DNA from: Solirubrobacteraceae bacterium
Lineage (GTDB): Bacteria > Actinomycetota > Thermoleophilia > Solirubrobacterales > Solirubrobacteraceae
Assembly: GCA_052145475.1 (NCBI GenBank)
Contig: JBKQOO010000086.1
Coordinates: forward strand, 21,360 to 85,359
Direction of reading: 5' to 3'
DNA: 64,000 nt
Part shown: in pieces, positions 38,221-46,951 of the stretch
Layout: each line of letters starts with the position of its first letter
How positions within the stretch are numbered: the stretch's first letter is position 1
The notes under the pieces: generated by a model
Database searches by the model: none
What the model was told of the DNA's origin: nothing
Seen by the model: only the letters and a program-made list of their open reading frames with translations
Translations under genes and position numbers: made by a program

Positions 38221-38922
38221 ATGCAAGTGATCGGTGCCGGGCTGCCCCGCACAGGGACACTGACCCAGAAGCTGGCCCTGGAGCACCTGGGCCTCGGGCC
38301 GTGCTACCACTGGGTCAACCTGATATCGGACCTGGATGCCGTCGAGCTCTGGCACCGCGCGCTCGACGGCGAGGATGTCTTAGAGGAGATCTTCGCGGGA
38401 CACGATTCGACCGTCGACTGGCCCGGCGGCTTCTTCTACCGCGAGCTCGCAGAGCGCAATCCCGAGGCGAAGGTGCTGCTCAGCGTCCGCGAGCCCGACG
38501 CCTGGGAGCACAGCTATCGCCAGACGATCTGGGGCTTCACTCGCGGGGACACGCTGATCCGACACCTCTCGGACGCCCGCCGCGAGGTCGACCCGCGCTG
38601 GCGGCGCTACCTGGAACTGGTGGATCGCATGCTCTGGAGCGAGCGCTCGCCCTTCGGGGGCGGCGATGACCCCGCGCAGATGATCGCGCAGATGGAAGCC
38701 CACAACGAGGCTGTCCGCGAGGCGATCGCCCCAGAGCGGCTGCTCGTGTGGCGAGTGACCGAAGGGTGGGGGCCGCTCTGCGAGTTCCTCGACCTGCCCA
38801 CGCCCGAGCTGGAGCTGCCACACGCAAACGACGCCGAGACGTTCCGCGGACGGGTGGTCGACGCGGCGCTCGACGCCCTGCTCGCGTGGCGTGAGACGCA
38901 AGCCGCTGCCGCCTCGGCCTGA
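38221..38922 (+). CDS. Sulfotransferase family protein (Sulfotransfer_4-like)
   Basis: VIGAGLPRTGT, PCYH, VDWP, PEAKVLLSVR, HNEAV, ERLLV, GWGPLCEFL, PHAN. Confidence 0.88.
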   Translation: MQVIGAGLPRTGTLTQKLALEHLGLGPCYHWVNLISDLDAVELWHRALDGEDVLEEIFAGHDSTVDWPGGFFYRELAERNPEAKVLLSVREPDAWEHSYRQTIWGFTRGDTLIRHLSDARREVDPRWRRYLELVDRMLWSERSPFGGGDDPAQMIAQMEAHNEAVREAIAPERLLVWRVTEGWGPLCEFLDLPTPELELPHANDAETFRGRVVDAALDALLAWRETQAAAASA

Positions 38923-38990
38923 GCCCGACAGCGGCTGGGGTCCTTCGCTCTGGCGGTCCTGTCGGGGTGTCGGGCGCCCGGGTGCCCCGC

Positions 38991-39278
38991 TCAGCTGCCC
39001 GGCGCGCTCTGGAATGCGCGTGCCGGCAGCACGAACCGTCGTGCCGGCCCGGCCTGTGATGGGGCGTTGTCCCTCGAGCCGTGCAGCCCGTGGCTGCGCG
39101 TGGACGGCGTGGTGGAGTCTGCGATGCCGTCGTGCTCGGATATCCAGCTCAGGATCGCGGCTGAGTTGGCCCCCTCGGCGAGGATCACCGATCGCTCGAT
39201 CACCATCCCCCCGGAGGCATGCGGACGGGCCAGGCGTCTGACCAGAGCCGCTGTTTCGTCTGCTGCTGTCTGTGTCAT
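38991..39278 (-). CDS. Hypothetical protein
   Basis: Starts 1 bp after the upstream stop, RBS GGGAG; LARPHASGGMVIERSVILAEG. Confidence 0.65.
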   Translation of the reverse strand: MTQTAADETAALVRRLARPHASGGMVIERSVILAEGANSAAILSWISEHDGIADSTTPSTRSHGLHGSRDNAPSQAGPARRFVLPARAFQSAPGS

Positions 39279-39279
39279 C

Positions 39280-41265
39280 TCATCTCCCTCTCGATTGAAG
39301 CTGGATGTGGCCGATGTCCGGCAGCTCGCAATCGCCATCTGCGCCGCCGGGTTGCAGGTCCAGCAAGGTGGTGAGCAGTTGCAGTGGGGTGCCCGCTGCC
39401 CATGCCTGCGGGCGGGAAGCCGTTGGGTAGGCGACGGGGACCGACGTGACCGCGGCCGGGTAGCCGGCGAAGACCTCCGGCAGGCGATGCTCGAAGTGCG
39501 GTGCTGCGGAGAGCATCGCGGCGGCGATCGTGACCGCTTGCTCCCGGTGGCCGTACCGAGCGAGGCCGGCGACGATCAGCGAGTTCTCGTGTGGCCACAC
39601 CGTCCCGGTGTGGTAGCCGAGGGGGTTGTAGCCGGCCTCGCCGGCGCCGAGCGTCCTCACGCCCCAGCCCGAGTAGAGCTCGGTCTCCAGCAGACGGCTG
39701 GCCGTGGCGGCCGCCTCAGGCTCCTCGAGCAGCCCCGACCAGAGCAGGTGGCCGATGTTCGAGGTCAGGCTGTCGACCTGGTGCTTGTCGCCGTCGAGCG
39801 CCACGGCGTAGCAGTCACGCTCGGGCATCCAGAAATCGCGGTGAAAGGAGGCGCGCAGGTCGCGCGCCTGCGCCTCCAGTCGTTCGGCGAACGCGTCGTC
39901 GCTCCACACCTCGCGCGCCAGACGGGCTGTGCGACATCGTGCGTCGTAGACGTATCCCTGGATCTCGCATGTGGCGATCGGTCCGCGTGCGATCGTGCCG
40001 TCGGCGAACTGGATCGCGTCCCAGCTGTCCTTCCAGCACTGGTTGACGAGGCCGGTCATGACGTTTCTGCGGGAATACTCGACGTACCCGTCGCCGTCGG
40101 CGTCGCCGCTGTCCTCGATCCACGCCAGTGCCGCGCGGGCGCTCGGCTCGAGCGCCCGCACCAGCTCCTCGTCGCTGGACCAGCGGTGGTACTCATCCAG
40201 GAGGATCAGGAACAACAGCGTGGCGTCGGCCGATCCGAAGTACGGCGAGTAGGGGCGCTCGCCCCTGGCGGTCAGCTCGCCGAAGCGCAACTCGTGCAGG
40301 ATCTTCCCGGGCTCGCGTTCGTGGAAGTCGTCGCGGTCATCCGCCTGTGCGGCGGCGAGCACACGAAGTGTGGTCGCCGCCAACTCGGGCAGGTACGGCA
40401 GCGCCTGGAAGCTGGCGATGAGGCTGTCGCGGCCGAACAGCGCCATGAACCACGGCAGGCCGGCTGCGGGCAGGGTGGCGCCCTCGCTGATGTCCGGCGG
40501 CAGTCGCAGTGCGCCCAGGTCGCTGAGACTTGCGCGATAGGTACGCGTCACTGCGGGCTCGCTCGCTGCCAGGGCCGGCGCCCGGGCGAGCCACTGCTCC
40601 AGCTCGGCCGATTTGGCGGCTCTCATGGCATCGAAGCCACCTCGCGCCCCGCGCCGCCCGAATGTCGCCGTAGGCTGCTCGGCGTCCGGCGTGATCGTAA
40701 AAGCGGTCGACCACTGCTCACCGGGCGCCAGTTCCGGCGAGTAGGTGAATCCGTCGCGAGTGACCGCCGCGGGCAAACTGGAAGCGATCGTCACGGAACG
40801 TCGGAAAGCATCGCGCTGATAGGAGAGGGCGAGCGAGCGATCGTCGTGCTGGGCTCTCACCGATCTCGTTTCGATCGCCCCGTCCTTGACTTCGAACAAG
40901 TCGGCGAAATCCGTGTCGAGCTCGAGTGTCACGTCGATCGTGGTGCTCTCGTGGCGATGGTTGATCACGGATATCTCCTCCATCCAGACGTGATCGATCA
41001 AGCGGCGGCGCATGACCGAGCACGGCGCCTCGCTCTCCGGCCCAACCCGAGGAGTCAGGAAGAACTGGGCGGCGAAGTGCTCCTGTTGGTTCAGCCCCAG
41101 CAGCTCGAGCGGCCTCTGGCTGACCCGCAGCACCCAGTGGGAGAGGAAGCGAGTGTCCTGGCAGAAGAACCCGTGATCGCGGCCTTCGTCGCTTCGCATG
41201 TCGCCGAGACGGTCGCTGACAACAAAGGTGCTGCCGTCGAGGACGCTGAGCGTGCGCTCAGGCAA
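39280..41265 (-). CDS. Glycogen debranching / amylo-alpha-1,6-glucosidase family protein
   Basis: DTRFLS, DFADLFEVK, AGLPWFMALFGRDS, EPGKILHE, NQCWKDS, YHTGTVWPHEN, RPQAWAAG. Confidence 0.92.
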   Translation of the reverse strand: MPERTLSVLDGSTFVVSDRLGDMRSDEGRDHGFFCQDTRFLSHWVLRVSQRPLELLGLNQQEHFAAQFFLTPRVGPESEAPCSVMRRRLIDHVWMEEISVINHRHESTTIDVTLELDTDFADLFEVKDGAIETRSVRAQHDDRSLALSYQRDAFRRSVTIASSLPAAVTRDGFTYSPELAPGEQWSTAFTITPDAEQPTATFGRRGARGGFDAMRAAKSAELEQWLARAPALAASEPAVTRTYRASLSDLGALRLPPDISEGATLPAAGLPWFMALFGRDSLIASFQALPYLPELAATTLRVLAAAQADDRDDFHEREPGKILHELRFGELTARGERPYSPYFGSADATLLFLILLDEYHRWSSDEELVRALEPSARAALAWIEDSGDADGDGYVEYSRRNVMTGLVNQCWKDSWDAIQFADGTIARGPIATCEIQGYVYDARCRTARLAREVWSDDAFAERLEAQARDLRASFHRDFWMPERDCYAVALDGDKHQVDSLTSNIGHLLWSGLLEEPEAAATASRLLETELYSGWGVRTLGAGEAGYNPLGYHTGTVWPHENSLIVAGLARYGHREQAVTIAAAMLSAAPHFEHRLPEVFAGYPAAVTSVPVAYPTASRPQAWAAGTPLQLLTTLLDLQPGGADGDCELPDIGHIQLQSRGR

Positions 41266-42448
41266 GGGCCATCGTCTCCGCTCGCTGCCCGGTGGCAGCA
41301 CGGTATGCGGACTCGTACCCGCCGGCGACGACGTCGACGTCGCAGTGCTCCGCGACCCATGCTCGACAGTGGCGCGCATCGATGCTCCCCAAGCGTCCGA
41401 CCGCGTCGGCCATCGTCGTCTCGTCCTCGACCAGAAACCCGGTCAGTCCGTCGGTCACCAGCTCACTCGCGGCACCGGCTGGGAAGGCGATCACGGGAGT
41501 ACCGCACGCCAGCGCCTCGACCATGACCATTCCGAATGGCTCCTGCCAACGAATCGGCATCAACAGCGCGCGGGCGCCGGCGAATGTCGAACGCTTGAGC
41601 GCCCCGCCGATCTCGCCGAGGAAGCGGACCCGGTCGCCGTCGATGTGAGGCGCCACCTCACTGTCGAAGAACGCCTGCTGGCCAGGTTGGATGACGCCGG
41701 CGAGCACGAGCGGCACGCCGGCCGCGCGAGCTGCTGCGATCGCGCGGTGCGGTCCCTTCTCCGCGGTCATCCGACCGATCCAGAGCACGTAATCTTCCTT
41801 GTGTTCGCGCATCGGCCAGTCTCGCAGCTCGATCGGATTGGGAATCACCTCTACGCCGGCCAGCGGCTCGGGCGCCGCTGCGCGCTGGGCTTGGCTGATC
41901 GCCACCAGTGTCGCCTTCGACTCGTGCTGGGTGTAGAAGGCGAATGTGGCCCGCGTGAACTGCCCGTGCAGCGTGTGCACGAGCGGCGTGGTGAGTCGGT
42001 CCGCCATGCCGAGGGCCGTGAACCCACAGTGATCGTGCACGACGTCGAACGCGCCCTTGCCGTGCCCTCGATCGATTGCGGCAAAGGCCCGCGCGACATG
42101 GTCAACCTCATAGAGCGAGCGCTCGATCTCAGCAGGATGAGCCTCGTCGAGCAAGGTCACCACACGCGCGCTCGACGTCGACCCGGGCGCACAGAACAGA
42201 GTCACCTCGTTGCCTCGACGCACCAGGGCGTCGGTCAAGACGCTCACGACCGACTCCACCCCTCCATAACCGGGCGGTGGAACCGAGATCCAGGGCGGGG
42301 CGAGCATCGCGATACGCAGGCCCGCCTCGCCCTCACCGCGATGCCCGAGCGGCCGTGTGCGACTCGGAGCTCCGTCGGACGGGAAGCGCCCGGGCCTGCG
42401 GCGGGAGAGGGCATCGGCGACGGCTGGCGGCGAGCTGGTGCTCTGCAT
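41258..42448 (-). CDS. Glycosyltransferase family 4
   Basis: IAMLAPPWISVPPPGYGGVE, VHTLHG, GRMTAEKG, WQEPFGMVMVEALACGTPV. Confidence 0.93.
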   Translation of the reverse strand: MQSTSSPPAVADALSRRRPGRFPSDGAPSRTRPLGHRGEGEAGLRIAMLAPPWISVPPPGYGGVESVVSVLTDALVRRGNEVTLFCAPGSTSSARVVTLLDEAHPAEIERSLYEVDHVARAFAAIDRGHGKGAFDVVHDHCGFTALGMADRLTTPLVHTLHGQFTRATFAFYTQHESKATLVAISQAQRAAAPEPLAGVEVIPNPIELRDWPMREHKEDYVLWIGRMTAEKGPHRAIAAARAAGVPLVLAGVIQPGQQAFFDSEVAPHIDGDRVRFLGEIGGALKRSTFAGARALLMPIRWQEPFGMVMVEALACGTPVIAFPAGAASELVTDGLTGFLVEDETTMADAVGRLGSIDARHCRAWVAEHCDVDVVAGGYESAYRAATGQRAETMALA

Positions 42449-42634
42449 GTGTGTGGAGCTTTCTGAGCCGGGCGCGCAGGGGCTGGGCACCGTCCGCTCG
42501 ATCGGGGAGGGAGCTTGCTTCGATCGCTGCCCACCTTGGGCCCGAGCGAGCGGGGGGTCGCGGCCGTTGGTCGACCACGTCGCTGGTGACCACCATAACA
42601 TGAAATCGAAATCTAGAGTTGGTAGTCTATTCCC

Positions 42635-42964
42635 ATGGTCGAGGAGTCGACGCCACGCTGGACGTTCCTGACCAACCACGCCCACGTGCTGGTGTGCATC
42701 GCCGATGAGCCCGGAGTCCGACTGCGCGACATCAGCGAGCGCGTCGGGATCACGGAACGAGCCGCCCACCGCATCGTCACCGAGCTCGCCGACGCCGGCT
42801 ATATCACCCGTAGGCGCAACGGCCGACGCAACGCCTATCTCATCCACACCGAGCTCCCACTCCCCGATGCGCTGGCCCGCAACCAGAAGGTGGGCGACCT
42901 GCTGGCCATCCTGGCACGCCCGAGGAGGCCAACTCCACTCACGCTCGAAAGCACGACTGGCTGA
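42635..42964 (+). CDS. Winged-helix transcriptional regulator (MarR/AsnC-like, WTFLTNH family)
   Basis: WTFLTNHAHVL...RLRDISERVGITERAAHRIVTEL...GRRNAY. Confidence 0.88.
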   Translation: MVEESTPRWTFLTNHAHVLVCIADEPGVRLRDISERVGITERAAHRIVTELADAGYITRRRNGRRNAYLIHTELPLPDALARNQKVGDLLAILARPRRPTPLTLESTTG

Positions 42965-43145
42965 ACTCGAGGGCGGCATTGGGGTCCCAGCTCCGGTTGG
43001 GCCTAGGATTACGGCGTGAGCGTGTCGGTCTGGAGGACGTCCCGGTCCCGGCCGACGGGTGATCGGCCGCCGGTGACGCGGAGCTCGGCACGGCAGCTGC
43101 GGGCTTGATCGGGCGACCGGGCGTGCGCGAGTAACCGCAACACCC

Positions 43146-43988
43146 GTGGACGCTCGCACCGCCATCGCAATCGGGCTCGCGATCGTTTCGACGACGCTGA
43201 CCAACCTCGCCTACCTGCGTGAGCACGACGCGGCCGCCGCCCTGCCGATCCTTTCGATGCGGCGCCCGGCGCACTCCCTGATGCTGCTGCTGGATGACCG
43301 TAGCTGGCTGCGTGGCTTTGCGATGGAGACGAGCGGCTTTGCTCTGTACGCCGCGGCGCTGGCGCTCGCGTCCCTGGCGCTCGTGCAGAGCATCGCCGCC
43401 GGAGGAATCGGCGTCCTCGCGTACCTGTCCGCGCGAATGAGCGGTCGCAGGCTTGGAACTCGCAAGCTCACTGGAGTGACCCTGTCCGTCGTCGGGCTGC
43501 TCGCGCTTGCGGTGTCACTGGCCGGGAGCAGCGGCGCGGGCACGCGCGGCTCGACCGCCGCGATTCTCGTCTGGCTCGCGACCACGGCGGCCGTTGCGCT
43601 GGTGGCGCTCTGGGTCGGCCGCGCGACCGGCGCGGTCGCGGTCGGGGAGGGCATAGCCGGCGGCCTGTTCTTCTCGATCGGCGACTTCTCGACGAAGCTC
43701 GCGACGCAGGGCGGCGCGCGTCTCGCGTTCCTTGCCACCCTGATCATCGGCTACACGGTCGGCAGCTCGCTGCTCCAGCTCGGCTACCAACGCGGGGGCG
43801 CGCTCACCGTCGCCGGCCTTGCGACCCTGCTCACGAACGCCGTGCCGATAGCGGCGGGGACGATCGTGCTCCACGAGACAGTGCCGGCGGGCGCGCTCGG
43901 CGTAGCGCGGATCCTCGCATTCGCTGCCGTGACCGCCGGCGCGGTGTTGCTGGCCGGCGATGACGCCCCCCGCCAGGATCTAGACTGA
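43146..43988 (+). CDS. DMT-like membrane protein
   Basis: About 9 TM segments; AALALASLALVQS, LLTNAVPIAAG. Confidence 0.75.
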   Translation: MDARTAIAIGLAIVSTTLTNLAYLREHDAAAALPILSMRRPAHSLMLLLDDRSWLRGFAMETSGFALYAAALALASLALVQSIAAGGIGVLAYLSARMSGRRLGTRKLTGVTLSVVGLLALAVSLAGSSGAGTRGSTAAILVWLATTAAVALVALWVGRATGAVAVGEGIAGGLFFSIGDFSTKLATQGGARLAFLATLIIGYTVGSSLLQLGYQRGGALTVAGLATLLTNAVPIAAGTIVLHETVPAGALGVARILAFAAVTAGAVLLAGDDAPRQDLD

Positions 43989-43995
43989 GGTGGTC

Positions 43996-44322
43996 ATGTC
44001 AAGCCTCTTCACGCGCCGTCGACGGGATTCGACAGACTCCGCCGAAAAGGCGGAGGACAGCGCTCGTCGAGTCGGCGAAGCTGGTCAGGCTGCCGAGAAC
44101 GCTGTCCGCGGTGAGGCGTCGGCGCGGGCGGCGCGAAGCCAGGCCGTCGCAAACGAGACGCGCCGCCAGGACTCCGACGCCGAGGGTCGCCGCCAGGCAG
44201 AGGAGAACGAGAGGCGCCGGCAGGCCTCCGACGCCGAGGCTCGCCGCCAGGCAGAGGAGAACGAGGCCCGGTACCGCTCGCAAGACGCTGCGCGCGATGA
44301 TCGGCGCAGCGGCGGGAGCTAG
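43996..44322 (+). CDS. Small hydrophilic repeat protein
   Basis: RBS GAGGTGG; R/E/A-rich with a duplicated 18-aa unit. Confidence 0.6.
   Translation: MSSLFTRRRRDSTDSAEKAEDSARRVGEAGQAAENAVRGEASARAARSQAVANETRRQDSDAEGRRQAEENERRRQASDAEARRQAEENEARYRSQDAARDDRRSGGS
44161..44268 (+). repeat. Tandem 54-bp repeat x2 (in frame)
   Basis: 44161-44214 and 44215-44268 are near-identical: RRQDSDAEGRRQAEENER / RRQASDAEARRQAEENEA. Confidence 0.9.
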
Positions 44323-44326
44323 CGGC

Positions 44327-44683
44327 ATGAAGCGCAGCACGCCCACTGTCGCAGAGCTGGTGCGTCGTGCCGTGGAGGTCTGCGACCCAGACGACCGCGA
44401 CCCCGACCTGGGCCGCTTCGAGGAGCAGTTCGAGGACGACGACGAGCCTGTGACCGCGGTCGAGAACCTCGAGGAGCGGCTCGCGATCGCCTTGGAAGGC
44501 GTCGACTACGACGACCAGAACCCGGCGGTCGCGGTGGCCAGCGCGGTGGTGCTGTACCTCGCCTCCAAGCATGGGGAGGCGAGTTATGACCGGAATCCCG
44601 AGGAGCTGATCCGCTTGGCCGTCAAGGCGCAGTGGCACGGCCATCCACCGGCGCACGTCGAGGCCTGGCTCACGGGGAGCTAG
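44327..44683 (+). CDS. Hypothetical acidic protein
   Basis: MKRSTPTVAELVRRAVEVCDP...FEDDDEPV...VEAWL. Confidence 0.7.
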   Translation: MKRSTPTVAELVRRAVEVCDPDDRDPDLGRFEEQFEDDDEPVTAVENLEERLAIALEGVDYDDQNPAVAVASAVVLYLASKHGEASYDRNPEELIRLAVKAQWHGHPPAHVEAWLTGS

Positions 44684-44704
44684 GGACCGCAATCGCACGA
44701 GGCG

Positions 44705-45802
44705 CTAGGGGCCGCGGTCGGGGCGCGGTGACCAGCGTTCCTCGATCCGGCAGAAGCGCCAGACGAACAGCGAGACCGCCCATGTTGCGAGGAACATGGC
44801 GGCGATCACGAAGCCGAGCAGGTTGATGTCGATGTGCTCGAACGAGCCCCAGAACGAGCCGGAGAGGTCGAGCTCTGAGGCGAGGAGGCCTCCCAGCTCG
44901 ATCGTGCCGATCACGAGCGCGACCGCTACCGAGAGGCCGGTGATCGTGACGTTGTAGAACAGCTTGCGGACGGGCTTGCTGAACGCCCACCCGTAGGCGA
45001 AGTTCATGAACGACCCGTCGATCGAGTCCATCAGTGACATCCCGGCGGCGAACAGGACCGGCAGGCAAAGGATCGAGTACCACGGCAGACCGGCCACCCC
45101 GGCGCTGCCTGCGATCACCAGAAGCGCCACCTCGGTGGCGGTATCGAATCCCAGCCCGAACAGCACTCCGATCGGATACATGTGGTGAGGCTTCGTCACC
45201 GTCTTGGTGAGACGGCCGAAGAAGCGGTTCATCAGCCCGCGGCTGTCGAGCTGACGCTCGAGCTCAGCTTCGTCATAGCGTCCACGCTTCATCTCGCGAA
45301 AGACCTTGACTATCCCGACCAGCGTCACGAGGTTGATCGCGGCGATGATGTAGAGGAAGCCGCCCGAGATCCCAGTGCCGATATAGCTGGTCGTCCGGTG
45401 CAGTGCCGAGTCGCCGTTCGTGACGGGTCCGTCGAGCGAGCGCACGCCGATCGAGATCAGCAGGGTGAGCGCGAAGACGACCGTCGAGTGTCCCAGCGAG
45501 AACCAGAACCCGACGCTCTGAGGGCGCTCACCCCCGGCCATCAGCTTGCGTGTGGTGTTGTCGATCGCGGAGATGTGATCGGCGTCAAATGCGTGGCGCA
45601 ACCCCAGCGTGTAGGCGGTGAACCCCAAGCCGAGCGTGATCGCTCCCGCCTTGCCGAGCTGCTGGTGGCGCGGCGCGACGAGCACGACCACGGCGAGGAA
45701 GCCGAGCACGTGCAATCCCGCCACGACGAGGACCATCATCACCAGGCTGCGCCGCTGTCGCGGGCTCAGAGACTTCCAGAGGGTGCCGGCGCGGGAGAGC
45801 AT
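44705..45802 (-). CDS. HoxN/HupN/NixA (NiCoT) nickel/cobalt transporter
   Basis: GLRHAFDADHISAIDN, FSLGHSTVV, GLGFDTATE, GMSLMDSIDG. Confidence 0.95.
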   Translation of the reverse strand: MLSRAGTLWKSLSPRQRRSLVMMVLVVAGLHVLGFLAVVVLVAPRHQQLGKAGAITLGLGFTAYTLGLRHAFDADHISAIDNTTRKLMAGGERPQSVGFWFSLGHSTVVFALTLLISIGVRSLDGPVTNGDSALHRTTSYIGTGISGGFLYIIAAINLVTLVGIVKVFREMKRGRYDEAELERQLDSRGLMNRFFGRLTKTVTKPHHMYPIGVLFGLGFDTATEVALLVIAGSAGVAGLPWYSILCLPVLFAAGMSLMDSIDGSFMNFAYGWAFSKPVRKLFYNVTITGLSVAVALVIGTIELGGLLASELDLSGSFWGSFEHIDINLLGFVIAAMFLATWAVSLFVWRFCRIEERWSPRPDRGP

Positions 45803-45852
45803 CGTTGCGTGCTTCGGGGAGGTGGCCGTCGAGTCCCGAGGGTCTCGGCGGA

Positions 45853-46368
45853 CTAGGGGTTCGGGACGCCGAGGTAGGGGAGGTAGCCGGAGTTTTCGAG
45901 GATCTTCGACCACGGGCCCAGGTAGTTGGCGACATCGTCGGCGGGCTGGCGAGAGTTGTACAGGTTCTTCTCGCCGTCGGGATTGATGAACGGGTTGAGG
46001 GTCGCGTGCCCGCCGCGGGCCAGCTGCTCGACGACTGGCCCGGGCTCTCTGGCCTGGCTGCCGGTGGCGTACCAGACCGTCCCAGTCTGCATGCCGTTCT
46101 GGAACTCGGAGAAGGTGAAGGTGAAGGCGATGTCCGCTTGCGCATCGCCGTCGGTGTCGATGTTGATCCTGTAGACCGCCTCCGGGTGGAACTCCGGGCC
46201 GGTGACGGCGGCGGGTATGGCGGGCGGGGCGCTCGTCGGGCTCGCGTTGATGATCAGCGCCGTCCTGTCGGCGTCGTCCGTTGACTTGAACACGAACAAC
46301 TGAGTCAGGTCCAAGCGCCTGTCATCGCCGGGAAACCCGAGGTTGTCAGCGCTGAAGTGGTTCGACAT
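45853..46368 (-). pseudogene. DUF4331 family gene with two apparent in-frame internal deletions (171 aa)
   Basis: MSNHF...YRINIDTDGD...RGGH...NP...PYLG; lacks two blocks present in the 350-aa paralog at 56910. Confidence 0.7.
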
Positions 46369-46460
46369 GGTGACTCCTTTGGTGACCCGGCGCGTGGCCC
46401 GAGCTTCTTTCCCTGTCTCCCTTGCGTTGCTCGAAACCAAGCTTGCGTCAGAGGTGCCGG

Positions 46461-46496
46461 GATCGCGCCCGTATAGAGCCCTAGTCGGATCCCCGG
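46461..46496 (-). promoter_or_regulatory. Three-part motif copy 2 (CCGGGGATCCGACTAGGGCTCTATACGGGCGCG)
   Basis: Followed after 20 nt by CAAGCT; upstream of the shortened DUF4331 gene. Confidence 0.65.
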
Positions 46497-46663
46497 GGTG
46501 CCCGCATCGCGGGAAGCCATGCTCGAGCAGATGCCCGGCCATGGCTGTCGCCGGCAAACATCGGCCAGGCTGCCACCGCGCTGCTGCCCTTCGCCCCAGA
46601 TCGATGCCTTCGACCCGCTCGGTCGAGTAGGATTCACGTCGACTTCGGGAGGTGGAAAGGGAG

Positions 46664-46951
46664 ATGCCGCGCTATCTGATCGAAAGAGTCTGGAACTCCA
46701 TCGACGAGGAGGAGATGGCGGCGAAGGGCCCGCTCTCGAAGCGCATCCTGACCGAGGACGAGCGGTTCTCCGGAGTCTCGTGGGAGCACAGCCACATGGT
46801 CATGGACGAGGAAGGCCAGCTGAGGTCCTTCTGCGTGTACTTCTCGCCGAACACGGAGCTCATACGGGAGCACGCTGTGCGGCTCGGCGACCATACGGTC
46901 AGGGGGATCTACGAGATCGGCGGCGACATCTCGCCCGACGATTTCGCCTGA
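46664..46951 (+). CDS. DUF4242 / SCO4226-like putative nickel-binding protein
   Basis: MPRYLIER...W.HS......FCVY.SPN.ELIREHA...IYEI. Confidence 0.8.
   Translation: MPRYLIERVWNSIDEEEMAAKGPLSKRILTEDERFSGVSWEHSHMVMDEEGQLRSFCVYFSPNTELIREHAVRLGDHTVRGIYEIGGDISPDDFA

Noticed and set aside
44161-44268. Possible CRISPR-like repeat
   Set aside because: Only two adjacent in-frame units, no spacers, no cas genes
45803-45852. Cobalamin or NiCo riboswitch upstream of NiCoT
   Set aside because: Region too short and no conserved riboswitch elements seen
46503-46535. Minus-strand GICSSMASRDA resembling a second LuxR C-terminal stub next to motif copy 2
   Set aside because: Too degenerate to support by eye
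46610-46626. TCGACC-N5-GGTCGA palindrome before DUF4242
   Set aside because: TCGA words are very frequent here and only one copy was seen
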